DNA of 32,950 nucleotides from Leidyana gryllorum EB-2025a (lineage: Eukaryota > Protista > Apicomplexa). The notes beneath the pieces are model-generated. The model was not told where the DNA came from. It ran no database searches and was given only the letters and a program-made list of their open reading frames with translations. The position numbers and the translations under genes were made by a program. This document shows positions 1-9,793 of this stretch, in pieces (within the stretch, counting starts at the first letter, position 1; each line of letters opens with the position of its first letter). The DNA lies in NCBI GenBank assembly GCA_048772705.1, contig JBLWGC010000098.1:1-32950 (forward strand). The letters run 5' to 3'.

Positions 1-84
1 AGTGGAAGTCATTGAAGTACTCGAGCAAAAGTGCTCCACTAATCTCCGTCAGTAGCCATCGTTTCGTTATCTCCAACTTACATT

Positions 85-156
85 GCCTTCTTAGCTTAGG
101 GGCAGAGCGTTCGCTTCGTAAGCGAGAAGTCGCCGGTTCGATTCCGGCAGATGGCT
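85..156 (+). tRNA. tRNA-Thr(CGT), one acceptor mismatch
   Basis: Cloverleaf GCCTTCT..TT CGT AA..GGTTCGATTCC..AGATGGCT; matches intact copy 26514-26585. Confidence 0.85.
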
Positions 157-222
157 TTGTTGCATCGATAGGCTTAAGAGGAATGGCTGTCACCACGTAC
201 AAGATTCACAAGATCGTGTCCT

Positions 223-293
223 GCATCTGTGGTCTAGTGGTAGAATGTCTCGCTGCCATCGAGATAACCTGTGTGGGATTCGCGACAGATGCA
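223..293 (+). pseudogene. tRNA-Gly(GCC) pseudogene
   Basis: Homologous to 22126-22196; T-loop mutated (GTGTGGGATTC). Confidence 0.8.
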
Positions 294-337
294 AAATGAT
301 AGCATGATGAGTTTGTCGGCGGTTTCGATTCCGACCG

Positions 338-410
338 TGGGAGTGGAGAGGATCGAACTCTCGACTTCAGGATTATGAGACCTACGCGCTACCGACTGCG
401 CTACACTCCC
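338..410 (-). tRNA. tRNA-Met(CAT), elongator
   Basis: GGGAGTG/CACTCCC acceptor, CT CAT AA loop, GTTCGATCC. Confidence 0.9.
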
Positions 411-487
411 CCTCCGACTTTCTCCGAGGAATCACCCGAACCCAGAACCATGCAGGTTCAGGCAGTTGGGTCAAGATACAACAAAGC

Positions 488-559
488 GGGCTGTTCTGGG
501 AATCGAACCCAGGACTTCTTCCACCCGAAGGAAGAATCATACCACTAGACCAAACAGCC
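488..559 (-). tRNA. tRNA-Pro(CGG)
   Basis: Paired cloverleaf, CTTCC TT CGG GT GGAAG. Confidence 0.9.
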
Positions 560-650
560 GCATGTCGGTGGTGCAATCCGTTGGGTGCAGTCGAGAGAGT
601 GGTCATACTATGTCTGAGAGAACCAAGAAATGCGATGCGGTCTGCACAGC

Positions 651-723
651 GGGCGACTAGCTCAAATGGTAGAGCGCTCGCTTAGCATGCGAGAGGTACT
701 GGGATCGATGCCCAGGTCGTCCA
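651..723 (+). tRNA. tRNA-Ala(AGC)
   Basis: G3:U70 pair, TT AGC AT loop, eukaryotic GGATCGATG T-loop. Confidence 0.9.
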
Positions 724-841
724 AAGTACGTACGACGGCACGTGGCCGGATTCAAACCCATCGTTGTCATCTTTGAAGGGTCGCAGACCACAAGTGCCAT
801 TGGGAGAGCACCGCAGTCAATGTCTAGGGTGCCTCTGAAGC

Positions 842-915
842 CGGTTGTGCTAGGTTCCGGACCTGCGAGCTTGTCATCAAAAGCCACACGCTCTGCCGAC
901 TGAGCTCACAAGACG
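842..915 (-). pseudogene. tRNA-Asn relic
   Basis: Degraded homologue of 2260-2332; anticodon and T arms disrupted. Confidence 0.7.
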
Positions 916-1023
916 CCTTACAATGTTGCAGAGCTTAGTAGAGGGACCCTCCACTTTCTACTGCAACCCCTTTGTAGGTTGACCCGACGGACCACATCTT
1001 GTTGACCTCCACTGTGGAATTTG

Positions 1024-1097
1024 TCCACTGTAGTCTGAGTGGCTAGGATATGCGGCTCTCATCCGCATGATCCCGGGTTCAAGTCCCGGCAGTGGAA
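1024..1097 (+). tRNA. tRNA-Glu(CTC)
   Basis: TCCACTG/CAGTGGA acceptor, CT CTC AT loop; 1-nt insertion versus paralogues. Confidence 0.8.
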
Positions 1098-1152
1098 TCA
1101 GGAGTGCTCAGTCCCGAGCAGTGCTATCGGGTTTTGTGTCCTTGAAGCTCCT

Positions 1153-1184
1153 CAGAGCGAAGACTCTTAATCTTGCAGTCGCGG
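1153..1184 (+). pseudogene. tRNA-Lys(CTT) anticodon-arm fragment
   Basis: AAGACTCTTAATCTTGCAGTCGCGG matches Lys copies; both ends lost. Confidence 0.6.
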
Positions 1185-1221
1185 CTGCGAATGGAATGCC
1201 TACAAGCACACGCAGCTGGAT

Positions 1222-1294
1222 TTCCACTGCTGGGACTCGAACCCGGATCGTGCGGGTGAGAGCCGCATATCCTAGCCACTTAGACTACGGTGGA
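1222..1294 (-). tRNA. tRNA-Glu(CTC)
   Basis: Cloverleaf with two stem mismatches; LTR inserted just upstream. Confidence 0.8.
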
Positions 1295-1303
1295 CAACTC
1301 CCT

Positions 1304-2118
1304 TGTTATTTGCCGTGCTCCCACTCTCCAGAACGATGGCTTGTCGTCCGAACCCTTCGTCCCGGGTATTCTGGAGGGCATAGTTGGAAGAAATATTTCA
1401 TGCATTGCGGACGAGCCGCACACGGAAAAGACAACACGAGGACTCACCTGAGTCTTCCGGGGAAAAGATCTCTTGTATCCTGTTGTTGTAGAACTCTGAC
1501 CGTCGCTCCTGTGTCCGTGTCCTCTCGCCGTCCGCTGCGACTCTACGCTGGCGTCGTCCAGCCTAGGGCTGTCCAACTGAGTAGTAGCTGTAGCCGTAGC
1601 GTCGAGCCAAAACCCAATACCAGCTAGAGTCCGGACCGTAGTCGGGTCGTCGAGGCGCACGTCCTGAGGGCGAGGTAGAGTACGCCGGGAGGTGACTGTA
1701 GAGGCCAAGGGTCGTAGTCGGGACGGGAGCGTGTGGTAGCGGGCGTGTGTGTAGGTCGTGGTAGGGCACGGGCGTGGTAGTGGGAGCAGGGATTCCGTAG
1801 GTGATAGGTCGTCCCCCTTTTCAGAGGTACTCCCTATATAAGTGCCAAATATGTAGGGAAGTATCCAGATGGATGTTCATCCCACTGGCGGAATCACATA
1901 GAGTCAGAATCCGGAACCCGATAGTGAGGCACCCGATAGTTATGGGACACACTCATAGGTTGAACGGGGACTCGGAGTCGAGCCTGCTGATCCACTCGCC
2001 CTACGACAGCACTACCACCCTAAGCTTAGCTCTTCCGCTGATCAGTTCATGTTCTTGATCAGTTCATGTTGCTTGTGCTACCTTGAATCCGGTCGTACGC
2101 CCGACTGCGGATATAACA
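1304..2118. mobile_element. Solo LTR-like element (815 bp) with 5-bp TSD TCCCT
   Basis: TGTTAT...ATAACA termini; TCCCT at 1299-1303 and 2119-2123; uninterrupted paralogous sites at ~2670-2690 and ~26731-26760. Confidence 0.85.
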
Positions 2119-2259
2119 TCCCTCAGCTGCAGCTTAAGCCGAGAGCCATACCCTCTTGACAAGACGTGGTCGGTCGGGTCAACCTACAACAAAAGGGTTG
2201 AGAATTCCTGCAGTAGAAAGTGGATGGTCTCTCTACTGACCTCTGAAGCATTGTAAGGG

Positions 2260-2332
2260 GGTCTTGTAGCTCAGTCGGCAGAGCGTGTGGCTGTTAACCA
2301 CAAAGTCGCAGGTTCGAAACCTGCCAGGACCG
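2260..2332 (+). tRNA. tRNA-Asn(GTT)
   Basis: Intact cloverleaf, CT GTT AA; identical to 11017-11089. Confidence 0.92.
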
Positions 2333-2395
2333 GGTTCTGCGGCACCGTACTCTCCTGACGGTATTTAAATACCGGCAGTTGCAGACTACGAAGTT

Positions 2396-2469
2396 TGGAC
2401 GACCTGGGCATCGATCCGAGTAGCCCTCGACATACTAAGCGAGCGCTCTACCATCTGAGCTAGTCGCCT
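2396..2469 (-). pseudogene. tRNA-Ala pseudogene (anticodon mutated to AGT)
   Basis: Ala body; insertion in anticodon stem, T-stem mismatch. Confidence 0.75.
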
Positions 2470-2556
2470 GCTGTCCAGACCCCATCGCATTTTTTTGGTT
2501 CTCAACATCGTATGATCACTCTTTGGAATCTCTTGGCGGGTTTCACGACCGACAGG

Positions 2557-2628
2557 GGCTGATTGGTCTAGTGGTATGATTATTCCTTAGGGTGGAAGAA
2601 GTCCTGGGTTCGATTCCCAGAACAGCCC
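2557..2628 (+). tRNA. tRNA-Pro(AGG), two stem mismatches
   Basis: TT AGG GT loop, GGTTCGATTCC. Confidence 0.75.
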
Positions 2629-2687
2629 CGTTGGTTGTCGGTTGACCGGACGCTCGCTTTCGTCCAAAGCTGCAGCTGAGGAAGTTG

Positions 2688-2760
2688 TCCACTGTAGTCT
2701 AAGTGGGTAGAATATGCGGCCCTCACCCGCACAATCCGGAGTCAAGTCCCGGCAGTGGAA
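2688..2760 (+). pseudogene. tRNA-Glu(CTC) pseudogene
   Basis: Glu body; B-box mutated (GGAGTCAAG), U33>C. Confidence 0.75.
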
Positions 2761-2836
2761 GTCCTTGGACTACTCGAGCAAAGTGCTCCAACAGTTTCCG
2801 TCACTAGGGACTGATGCGTGATCTCCAGCTAACATT

Positions 2837-2908
2837 GCCTTCTTAGCTTAGGGGCAGAGCATTCGCTTAGTAAGCGAAAGGTCGCCGGTTCGATTCCGGC
2901 AGAAGGCT
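2837..2908 (+). tRNA. tRNA-Thr(AGT)
   Basis: Fully paired cloverleaf, TT AGT AA. Confidence 0.92.
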
Positions 2909-2966
2909 CGACTGCATCGACTGGGCACCTGCAAGCTTATCGCTAAACTCCCATCATCGTAGCTGA

Positions 2967-3045
2967 GCCTCGTAGCTCAAGTCGTCAGAGGGTAAGTCTC
3001 TTAGCCACGAAGCCGCAGGTTTGGATCCTGCCACTACCTGAGGCA
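2967..3045 (+). other. Chimeric tRNA-like element, copy 1 of 3
   Basis: Phe-like ends GCCTCG/CTGAGGCA, Lys-like AAGTCTCTTA, Asn-like 3' half; recurs at 23484 and 26808. Confidence 0.6.
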
Positions 3046-3054
3046 CCCACACGG

Positions 3055-3126
3055 GGCTGTTTGGTCTAGTTATATGATTCTTCCTTCGGGTGAAAGAAGT
3101 CCTGGGTTCGATTCCCAGAACAGCCC
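3055..3126 (+). pseudogene. tRNA-Pro(CGG), D-loop GG lost
   Basis: Pro body with AGTTATA D-loop and an anticodon-stem mismatch. Confidence 0.75.
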
Positions 3127-3225
3127 GTCTGATAGTTGTTGACTCAATGCCACGTCTCTCCAAGATCGGCTACTATACGCGGCTTCCACTCGTACAATCC
3201 CGAATGAAGTCCAGAGAGCTGAGAC

Positions 3226-3298
3226 AGACGCTAATGGGACTCGAGCACACAATCCCCAGTTCCGTGGACCGATGCCACATCCATTGAGCCATACCGCC
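3226..3298 (-). pseudogene. tRNA-Arg(ACG) pseudogene
   Basis: Degraded homologue of 25098-25170. Confidence 0.75.
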
Positions 3299-3385
3299 GA
3301 TCAACGGGGGCGTTAAATGAGAGTGTGTTGCGATCAAGCGTTGTCGACTCGGCAAGAGTTTCCATCCAAGACACCGGAGACATAC

Positions 3386-3456
3386 TGTCGGAGCAGGAAT
3401 CGAGCCGGGGTTTGCACGGCCACAACGTGCTGTCCTGAGCACTAGACGACTTGGAC
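3386..3456 (-). pseudogene. tRNA-His(GTG) pseudogene
   Basis: GCACG TT GTG GC CGTGC arm intact; acceptor and T arm damaged. Confidence 0.75.
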
Positions 3457-3559
3457 AATCTTCAGGTGAGGCTATAAAGGTAGTGAAGGTCACTTAGGAT
3501 GGGATCCAACAGGAGCATCAGATGAAGTGCGTGGCGATCGCAACACACTCCCACTCCGG

Positions 3560-4800
3560 GTGGGAGGGAAGCGGACCGCCAATGATCAGTTCGTACATTG
3601 TCGCTGTCCTCCTGGTGAAATGGTTTTAGTGGTGATACATGGAAAATGTTGTAGATAGGCCAGCTATCTATTAACTCCAGTTCATATGTGTCATTGGGTC
3701 CGAGTTCTTTGATCCTGAACGGTCCTACAAAAGGTCGCACCAGCTTGTTCTTGGGGATGTGCCGCAGATTCTTGGTTTTGAGAAGAACCCAGTCATTTGT
3801 ATTGAAAACTACATCCTGGCTATGTTGGTCTACCTGGCACTTTTGTGTTTCCGTGGCCTCCTGCAATCGATCATGGCCCTCTTGTACCTTCTCTAGATGG
3901 GTCTTGATTCCCTTGATGTCTTGCGTTAGCCAATGCAGGGGACTATGTTGGTTTCGACCGGTATCTATCTCCATGGTTGTTGCTCTAGTCGATGTCTGAG
4001 GGGCTGTGTTGTATGCGACTTCCACTGCTGTTAGATAATTCAACCACTGATCATTAACGCCGTCCATCGTCGTCCGTAGGATTTGTAGGATCGATCGGTT
4101 GGCGCGTTCCGTGAGCCCGTTGGATTGTGGTCGGTATGTCGTTGTCATAGCTAAGTTGGTTCCTAGACCTTCCTTAATTTGTTGCCACATCTCGGAGATA
4201 AACCTGGGGTCTCTATCTGATATTATCTTCTCTGGGATGCCGTGTATTTTGACTATGTTGTCGATGAATAGTCTTGCGGCTTCTGCGGCTGTGATGTTCT
4301 TGGTACATGGGGTAAGTCTAATGCGCCTGCTTGCTCGGTCCACAACAACCATGATGTAGTTCAGTCCTGAAGCAGAGTCCGTCGGCATTTCTAAGAATTC
4401 TATTCCGATGTGCTGCCATGGGAATAGGGGGTTCTCTATTGGGTGCAACAGGCCTGCTAGTTTCTGGGTTGTGTGCTTCGCTAGTTGGCATTCTCGACAA
4501 TTCTTGCAGAAGTGGGCTACGTCTGCTGCAATCCCGCGCCAGTTGAAACTTGACCGTAGTCGTCCGAGTGTCTTCTCAGGGCCAAAGTGTCCTGCTAATC
4601 TTGAGCTGTGGTGCTCCTTTATCAAATCCATGATGATGTCGGGGTCTGGTGGTACAATAACGCAGCCATCCTCATCGATTGGTATCCCGCGGATCCATTG
4701 TTTCGTCTGCATCTGCGTGGCAAGGTCCTTTTTCCCTGTCCAGCTAGTCCTCAGTCGTTCCTCCAGTGGTTGGTGGGTTCCGTGAATCGCCCAGCATTCC
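3560..4800 (-). pseudogene. pol: Gypsy integrase (element A)
   Basis: HHCC (HHSSRLAGH..CKNCREC), IISDRD, PQSNGLTERAN, GPF motif; first catalytic D appears as E (IGIEF). Confidence 0.9.
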
Positions 4801-5260
4801 TGTTCTTGAGTCTGCCCCTTGGTGGTCTGCTGAGTAGGTCGGCTATGATATTGTTGCTCCCTGGTAAGTATCGGATGTGAAGGTCGAACTCGGCCATAGT
4901 AATGAGCCACCTTGCTTGTCTGTCGGTGATGTGGTTCTGGCTCATCAGGTAGGTTAGGGGTTTATGGTCTGTGCTAATGACAACTTTTCGCGCTGGTAGT
5001 AGATGTCGCCAATGCTTGAGGCTCTTCACAATAACCAACAGTTCGCGTTCAAGCGTCGGGTATCTTGATTCGGGTCCTGACAGTGTCTGAGAATAGAACT
5101 CGATTGGTCTTGGTCCGGCGGGCTCTTTCTTTTCCAATACCGCTCCGATTGCGTGGATGGATGCGTCCGTAGTCAGGTGTAGTTCACTTGCATCCGGGTT
5201 GGGGTACCACAGTTCAGGTGAGTCAACTAGCTCTGCTTTGAGTTGGTTCCATCCATGTGT
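4751..5260 (-). pseudogene. pol: Gypsy RNase H (element A)
   Basis: LTTDAS upstream of the called ORF, YPTLERELL, STDHKPL, NIIADLLSR. Confidence 0.88.
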
Positions 5261-5264
5261 GATT

Positions 5265-6058
5265 TCATCTGTTTTGTGATGGATCGGCTGGGCGTTTCAA
5301 TCCTTTGGTGGCTTGGTATCGTGGGTGTGCTACGCTTGCGAAGTTCGGGATGAAGCGTCTATAGAAGTTGAATAGTCCTAGGCCTCGCTGCATTCCGCGC
5401 AGAGTAGTTGGTACTGGCAGTGTTTTGAGAACTTCAACTTTATCCTGTAGCGGTGTTATTCCTGTGGCCGACACGTGGTGTCCGATATACTGGATTTCTG
5501 ACTGGTAGAAGTGAGATTTGCGTTTGTGCGCAATCAATTGGTGCTTGTCTAGCCGGTCCAGTACCACTCGGAGATGCTCGGTATGCCCTTCTTCTGACTG
5601 AGAATGAATGAGGATGTCGTCCAAGTATACGAAGGCGAATACTCCTATGATGCCCTCCAGAACCTTCTGCATTAGTGCCATGAATGTTGATGGTGCGTTG
5701 CACAGACCATTTGGCATGGCTACCCATTCGTAGATTCCCCATGGTGTTGCGAACGCTGTCAGATGTCGACTGTCCGGTTCTACTTGAATCTGATAGTATC
5801 CTGATTTCAGGTCGATGAGCGAGAACACAGTGGCTCCTCGGAGTCCAGATAGGCCATCCTCCATCCTGGGGCAGCATTCAGACTTCGATAATCACATACT
5901 AATCGGGGGATACTAGTATCTTTCTTGGGTACGAACATGCATGGTGCTGCCCATTCTGATTGGCTCGGAGCGATCAGTCCTTCGTCGAGTAATTCACCGA
6001 TTTGGCCCCTCATTTCGTTAAGCCACTTCTGTGGTATCCAATATGGTGTTCTAGCCAC
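5265..6058 (-). pseudogene. pol: Gypsy reverse transcriptase (element A), frameshifted
   Basis: RLVCDYRSLN, DLKSGYYQI, MPNGLCNAP, YLDD across two ORFs. Confidence 0.92.
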
Positions 6059-6386
6059 CGGAGTTTGGCCTTGTCGGTAGCATTCGGGGAGAGCACAACT
6101 GCTTCAATGGTTAAGGGAGGTTTTCGCCCGACTCAAACCCAACGCTCTACGCTTACCGCTATAAACAACAGCCAGTCAGAATATTTCAGAGGTTAACAGA
6201 GAGACCCGTGTTGCATGTGTAGTTGAGTGTTTACCTCAACCCTGCGTTTTTTCGGTCACTTAAAGGGTGAGCTTAATAAGTTTCAAGTTCGCGGTCGAGC
6301 GCCGGCCCAACCAGGCGGGTGTGTTGTTGATGGAGCATCCATGCGCCCTTTTGACAGGAGGAGATGCATCGAGAGAAGTGTCACCA

Positions 6387-6458
6387 GGGAGTGTAGCACA
6401 GTCGGTAGCGCGTCGGTCTCATACTCCTGAAATTGAGAGTCGATCCTCTCCACTCCCA
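6387..6458 (+). pseudogene. tRNA-Met(CAT) pseudogene
   Basis: Met body; T-loop 1-nt deletion, stem mismatches. Confidence 0.75.
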
Positions 6459-6502
6459 GGGTCGGAATCGGAACGGCCGACAAACTCATCATGCTGTCGT
6501 TT

Positions 6503-6573
6503 TGCATCTGTCGGGAATCGCACACGGGTTATCTCGATGGCAGCGAGCGACTCTTCCACTAGACCACAGATGC
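6503..6573 (-). pseudogene. tRNA-Gly(GCC) pseudogene
   Basis: Gly body; T-loop GTGCGA. Confidence 0.75.
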
Positions 6574-6638
6574 AGAACACGATCTTGTGAACCTTGTACG
6601 TGGTGACAGCCATTCCTCCCAAGCCTATCGTGCATCAA

Positions 6639-6710
6639 AGCCTTCTGCCGGAATCGAACCAGCGACCTTTCACTTACAAAGCGAATGCTCTGCCCCTAAG
6701 CTAAAGAAGC
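6639..6710 (-). tRNA. tRNA-Thr(TGT), degenerate acceptor
   Basis: Thr body, TT TGT AA loop, intact B-box. Confidence 0.65.
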
Positions 6711-6875
6711 ACTCCTTGTCTCGATTTATATGAGGGTTGATGCTCGGAATTGTATTATTTCTGTCTACCACATCGCACACGATTGCTGGATTCTGCAGTG
6801 TGGTGCGCTGTAGTAATCGCTGTGGCTGATGGTCACAACTTCAATCTGTGTCGAAACATGCATTTCATTGGTGTA

Positions 6876-7430
6876 TGTTGTAACCCCAAGTCGCTACTCA
6901 AGGGGAACGAGGCCCAGTTCTCATCTCTGCATACTTGCGACCACAGGTCAGACTTAGAACCAACGTGAGTCTTTTGACCGACAAGTCAACCACGAATATG
7001 TCGCACACGACGGAGCAAGACAACTACGACTTGTTGTACCAACTACAAAGTTGTCTTAGGCCGCCTCTTGCCTAGTCCAACTTTGACTTAGCCAACTCTG
7101 CTCTTCCTGTCTCTCTCACTTCACCCATGTGCCAGTCCCTCTTGCGGAGCCTCGCGCTGGATACACGCGGTAAGCTCGACTCGACCACCACACTCTGGTC
7201 ATTCATTCCAGTGTCTGCACAGTTAGACTAGGGGACATGAGCCTTTCAGCCTTAGTAGTAGTTGCTTTACGTTCGTTAATAATGCCTTTTCACCATCTTA
7301 TACATGCTCCTGTATAAATGCAAAATATGTAGGGAAGTATCCATGGATGTTAATTCGATTGGAAATTTCACCAAGTCGAATCTGGCAACCCGATTGGAAG
7401 TTGACCATGAGGCAAACACGAACTACAACA
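6876..7430 (-). mobile_element. 3' LTR of chromovirus-like element B (555 bp)
   Basis: TGTTGTA...TACAACA inverted termini; adjacent PPT-like GAGGAGGCGGCG on minus strand (7444-7433); no TSD. Confidence 0.75.
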
Positions 7431-9420
7431 CACGCCGCCTCCTCGGGAAAGGCATCGTCCCTGATGACTAAGAGAATAGCCTTTGTCTCTTGTTCGGCAG
7501 GTATACTACTACTTGCGGCAAAGGTCTATGGCGGCGACGTGTCCTTACGCCCCTTGCGGCTCTATCGACATGCCACTTCTCTTCATACTCCCGTACCAAC
7601 ACGGGGTATGCGTGAAGTCTATCGCCGGGTAACCAAGTCAGGCCTTTCTAGGTCTTGCCTTGCCATTTGACTTGGGAGTGCTCATCGCGGTTGACGCTAC
7701 TTAGTGATCTTCTGAGGAACGGATGACTCGGCCTCAGCTCTTCACGGTGGTGTTGACGTAACCTCACTTCTCGCCGGTGCCTTGACGTACGGAGCGATGC
7801 ACCATCGTCTTCGTCTAGGGACACTGCTTGCTGCGGTGGCGGCGCTTTTGGAACTGTCGTTTCCAATGGATGCATTTCTCTATAGTGGCGGGTGGTTGAA
7901 TCTCTGGCGCCTCAGTCGGCAAGAGAGTGCCTTTGCTCAACTCTCCTTCTGGCTGCCTAGTCGTGGACGTGGAGGTAACGGGACCCACAGGTTGGCAGAT
8001 ACTGATTCCGGAGCCTTCGCTACTTACACTCTCACGACGTTTCTGGGTCGCTGCCTCGCTACTTGTAGGAAGAGTAGAAGTCCGGTCTTCCTTAGGCTGG
8101 ATCCATGTGTCCACACCAACAGGCAAGACTCGATTCACGTTTACGCGATCGAAAGTCGACTGAGACTTTTCAACTCTACACCAGGAACCGTCTTTAGACG
8201 TTTCCACCACCTTCTTTGGTGCACTTCACTTTGACGATGACTTCCTTGACGGGAAGTCGGTAAGTTATTAGTCACATAACCGAAATAGCACCCATTGCCC
8301 CACGTTGACGTTCTTCTCAAGAGCCGACTTATCGTACTGAGATTTCATTTAGTCATAGTACTTTTCCAGGCTTTGTCGTGCTCGGTGAGTGGTGTCATCA
8401 GAAAAGAGATGGGACACCGGGATGTGCATACGAGATGACACCTAAGTTGCTCCTCAAGCCCCTATCGTCCAGGAGAGTGAACGACCGCTGGACGCGTACA
8501 CGACGTACTTGCAGTCAGTCGTGAAAGAGTGTAAAGACCCACCCCAAGAATCGAATGAGTGTGCGCTTCTTTCACGAAATGCCCACTTCTGATCAGCACC
8601 CTGGTCCAATGCGGCTCCGTTCTCTTGGTCAAACTCAAAGTAAAGGAATTGATATTTGATTGCGATGTGGATATTCTTCGGCCAGTGACACTTACTGTCA
8701 CCAGTCCCACGACCATCGATCGAAAACTGCTGCTATGCGAAGATAGCTCCATAAAAGTGGAGGGACACCTCACCACCACTGGGGAGATCACTGCTCCTCA
8801 TTGCTACGTCGTGGCGTAATCAAAGTAAGGTTCTCGCCGGTCAAATGTCTGCCGCGGTGGCTCACCAGATGATCAATGTTGACGAGGGGCACATTCCGGC
8901 AAAGGGTCTGACTTTGACTGCTTGTCCACGGGGTAGACTCGAAGGTGAGCTGGAAGGGGTACACAACGGCGATGTCCAGTCGTCCAAGTATCGTGGCTTT
9001 CGGCGGGGACGACTCTGTTTTGAAAAGCGTATCAGACTTGGTCATGATAATTAACAGCGCCGTTCTCTCCAGCGGTAAAATACTTCTCAACTCGAAAGGG
9101 AAGGGGGAAGCGCACCTTCTGCTGAGGGTATAGTTGCAATCCACCATAATTAATCCTCCCGGCACCCTAGCCACGTCATAAACGGTCTCGCGTTTCGGCT
9201 CCCAATTATATTGGATCGCCTGGCCGCCAGGTGCACCCGGCCTATACCAGGTCGCGGTCGATGGACTCGGCAGGCCCAAACAGTGAACTTTGTTATACCC
9301 GACATCGATATTGTGCTGACCGAATACTGCGAAGACTTCGAAGCGCGTCACCGCTGCCGAAGGTCAGCGATCGACGGACCTGAGGGGAATCGGGTAGTGC
9401 AAGAGTAGCGTGAACACTGT
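7431..9420 (-). pseudogene. pol: Heavily decayed Gypsy pol (integrase plus chromodomain), element B
   Basis: Manual translation: QSN..LTKRTEPHWTRVL, HSILG, MKSQYDK..VGQWVLFR, chromodomain-like VKWQGKT*KGLTWLP..PVLVREYEEK (~7570-7720); many stops; left-arm (5') boundary approximate. Confidence 0.7.
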
Positions 9421-9482
9421 ATCGAGGAAAAGGGTTGGGCGGTGGTTTGACATTCGACAGCCGCCTCCGTCAATTGCGACAG

Positions 9483-9555
9483 GGCTCGGTAGCTCAGTTG
9501 GGAGAGCGCGAGACTGAAGATCTGGAAGACCCGTGTTCGATCTACGGCCGAGGCA
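9483..9555 (+). tRNA. tRNA-Phe(GAA), several mismatches
   Basis: CT GAA GA loop; homologue of 27235-27307. Confidence 0.7.
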
Positions 9556-9665
9556 GAGAGGTTGTGACATCTGGTGTCATCCCTCGCGCCCGTGCGAGCG
9601 TTCGGTCCCTCATCAGATACATGTTTCCAGAGACACACGCAACTTTCACAGTCCGGAAGCTCCGT

Positions 9666-9738
9666 GCAGCCATGGTCCAGTGGTTACGACGTCTGCTTCA
9701 CACGCAGAAGGTCCCGACTTCGATCCTCGGTGGCTGTG
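9666..9738 (+). tRNA. tRNA-Val(CAC), G53>C
   Basis: TCTGC TT CAC AC GCAGA; paired acceptor. Confidence 0.75.
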
Positions 9739-9793
9739 GCTCGCAACTTTCAGCGACAACCAAAGGAGAGAATCTCAAGCGGAACCAACTGTG

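Larger units (their letters stand above)
1..725. repeat. Module Glu-Thr-Gly-Met(-)-Pro(-)-Ala
   Basis: Genes and spacers recur directly at ~10170-10781 and inverted (in part) at ~6380-6710 and ~26260-26734. Confidence 0.85.
3531..6065 (-). mobile_element. Ty3/Gypsy element A: 5'-truncated, frameshifted pol with PPT and stub of 3' LTR
   Basis: RT-RH-IN order; PPT GGAGTGGGAGTG (3557-3546) followed by TGTTG; flanked by tRNA-array spacers. Confidence 0.9.

Noticed and set aside
304-337. ATGATGA box C-like motif in the Gly-Met spacer (also ~30189), suggesting a C/D snoRNA
   Set aside because: No suitably placed CTGA box D with terminal stem; recurrence is explained by module duplication.
3386-3456. 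Apparent genome-encoded G-1:C73 (bacterial-type) tRNA-His
   Set aside because: Counting from U8 and the D stem makes that G position 1 (GTCCGAG/CTCGGAC) with A73, which is the canonical eukaryotic layout.
3321-3550. 15-nt inverted match GAGTGTGTTGCGATC (3321-3335 versus 3536-3550)
   Set aside because: One copy is a variant of the recurring Arg-His spacer and the other is the PPT/LTR junction; no TSD, probably coincidental.
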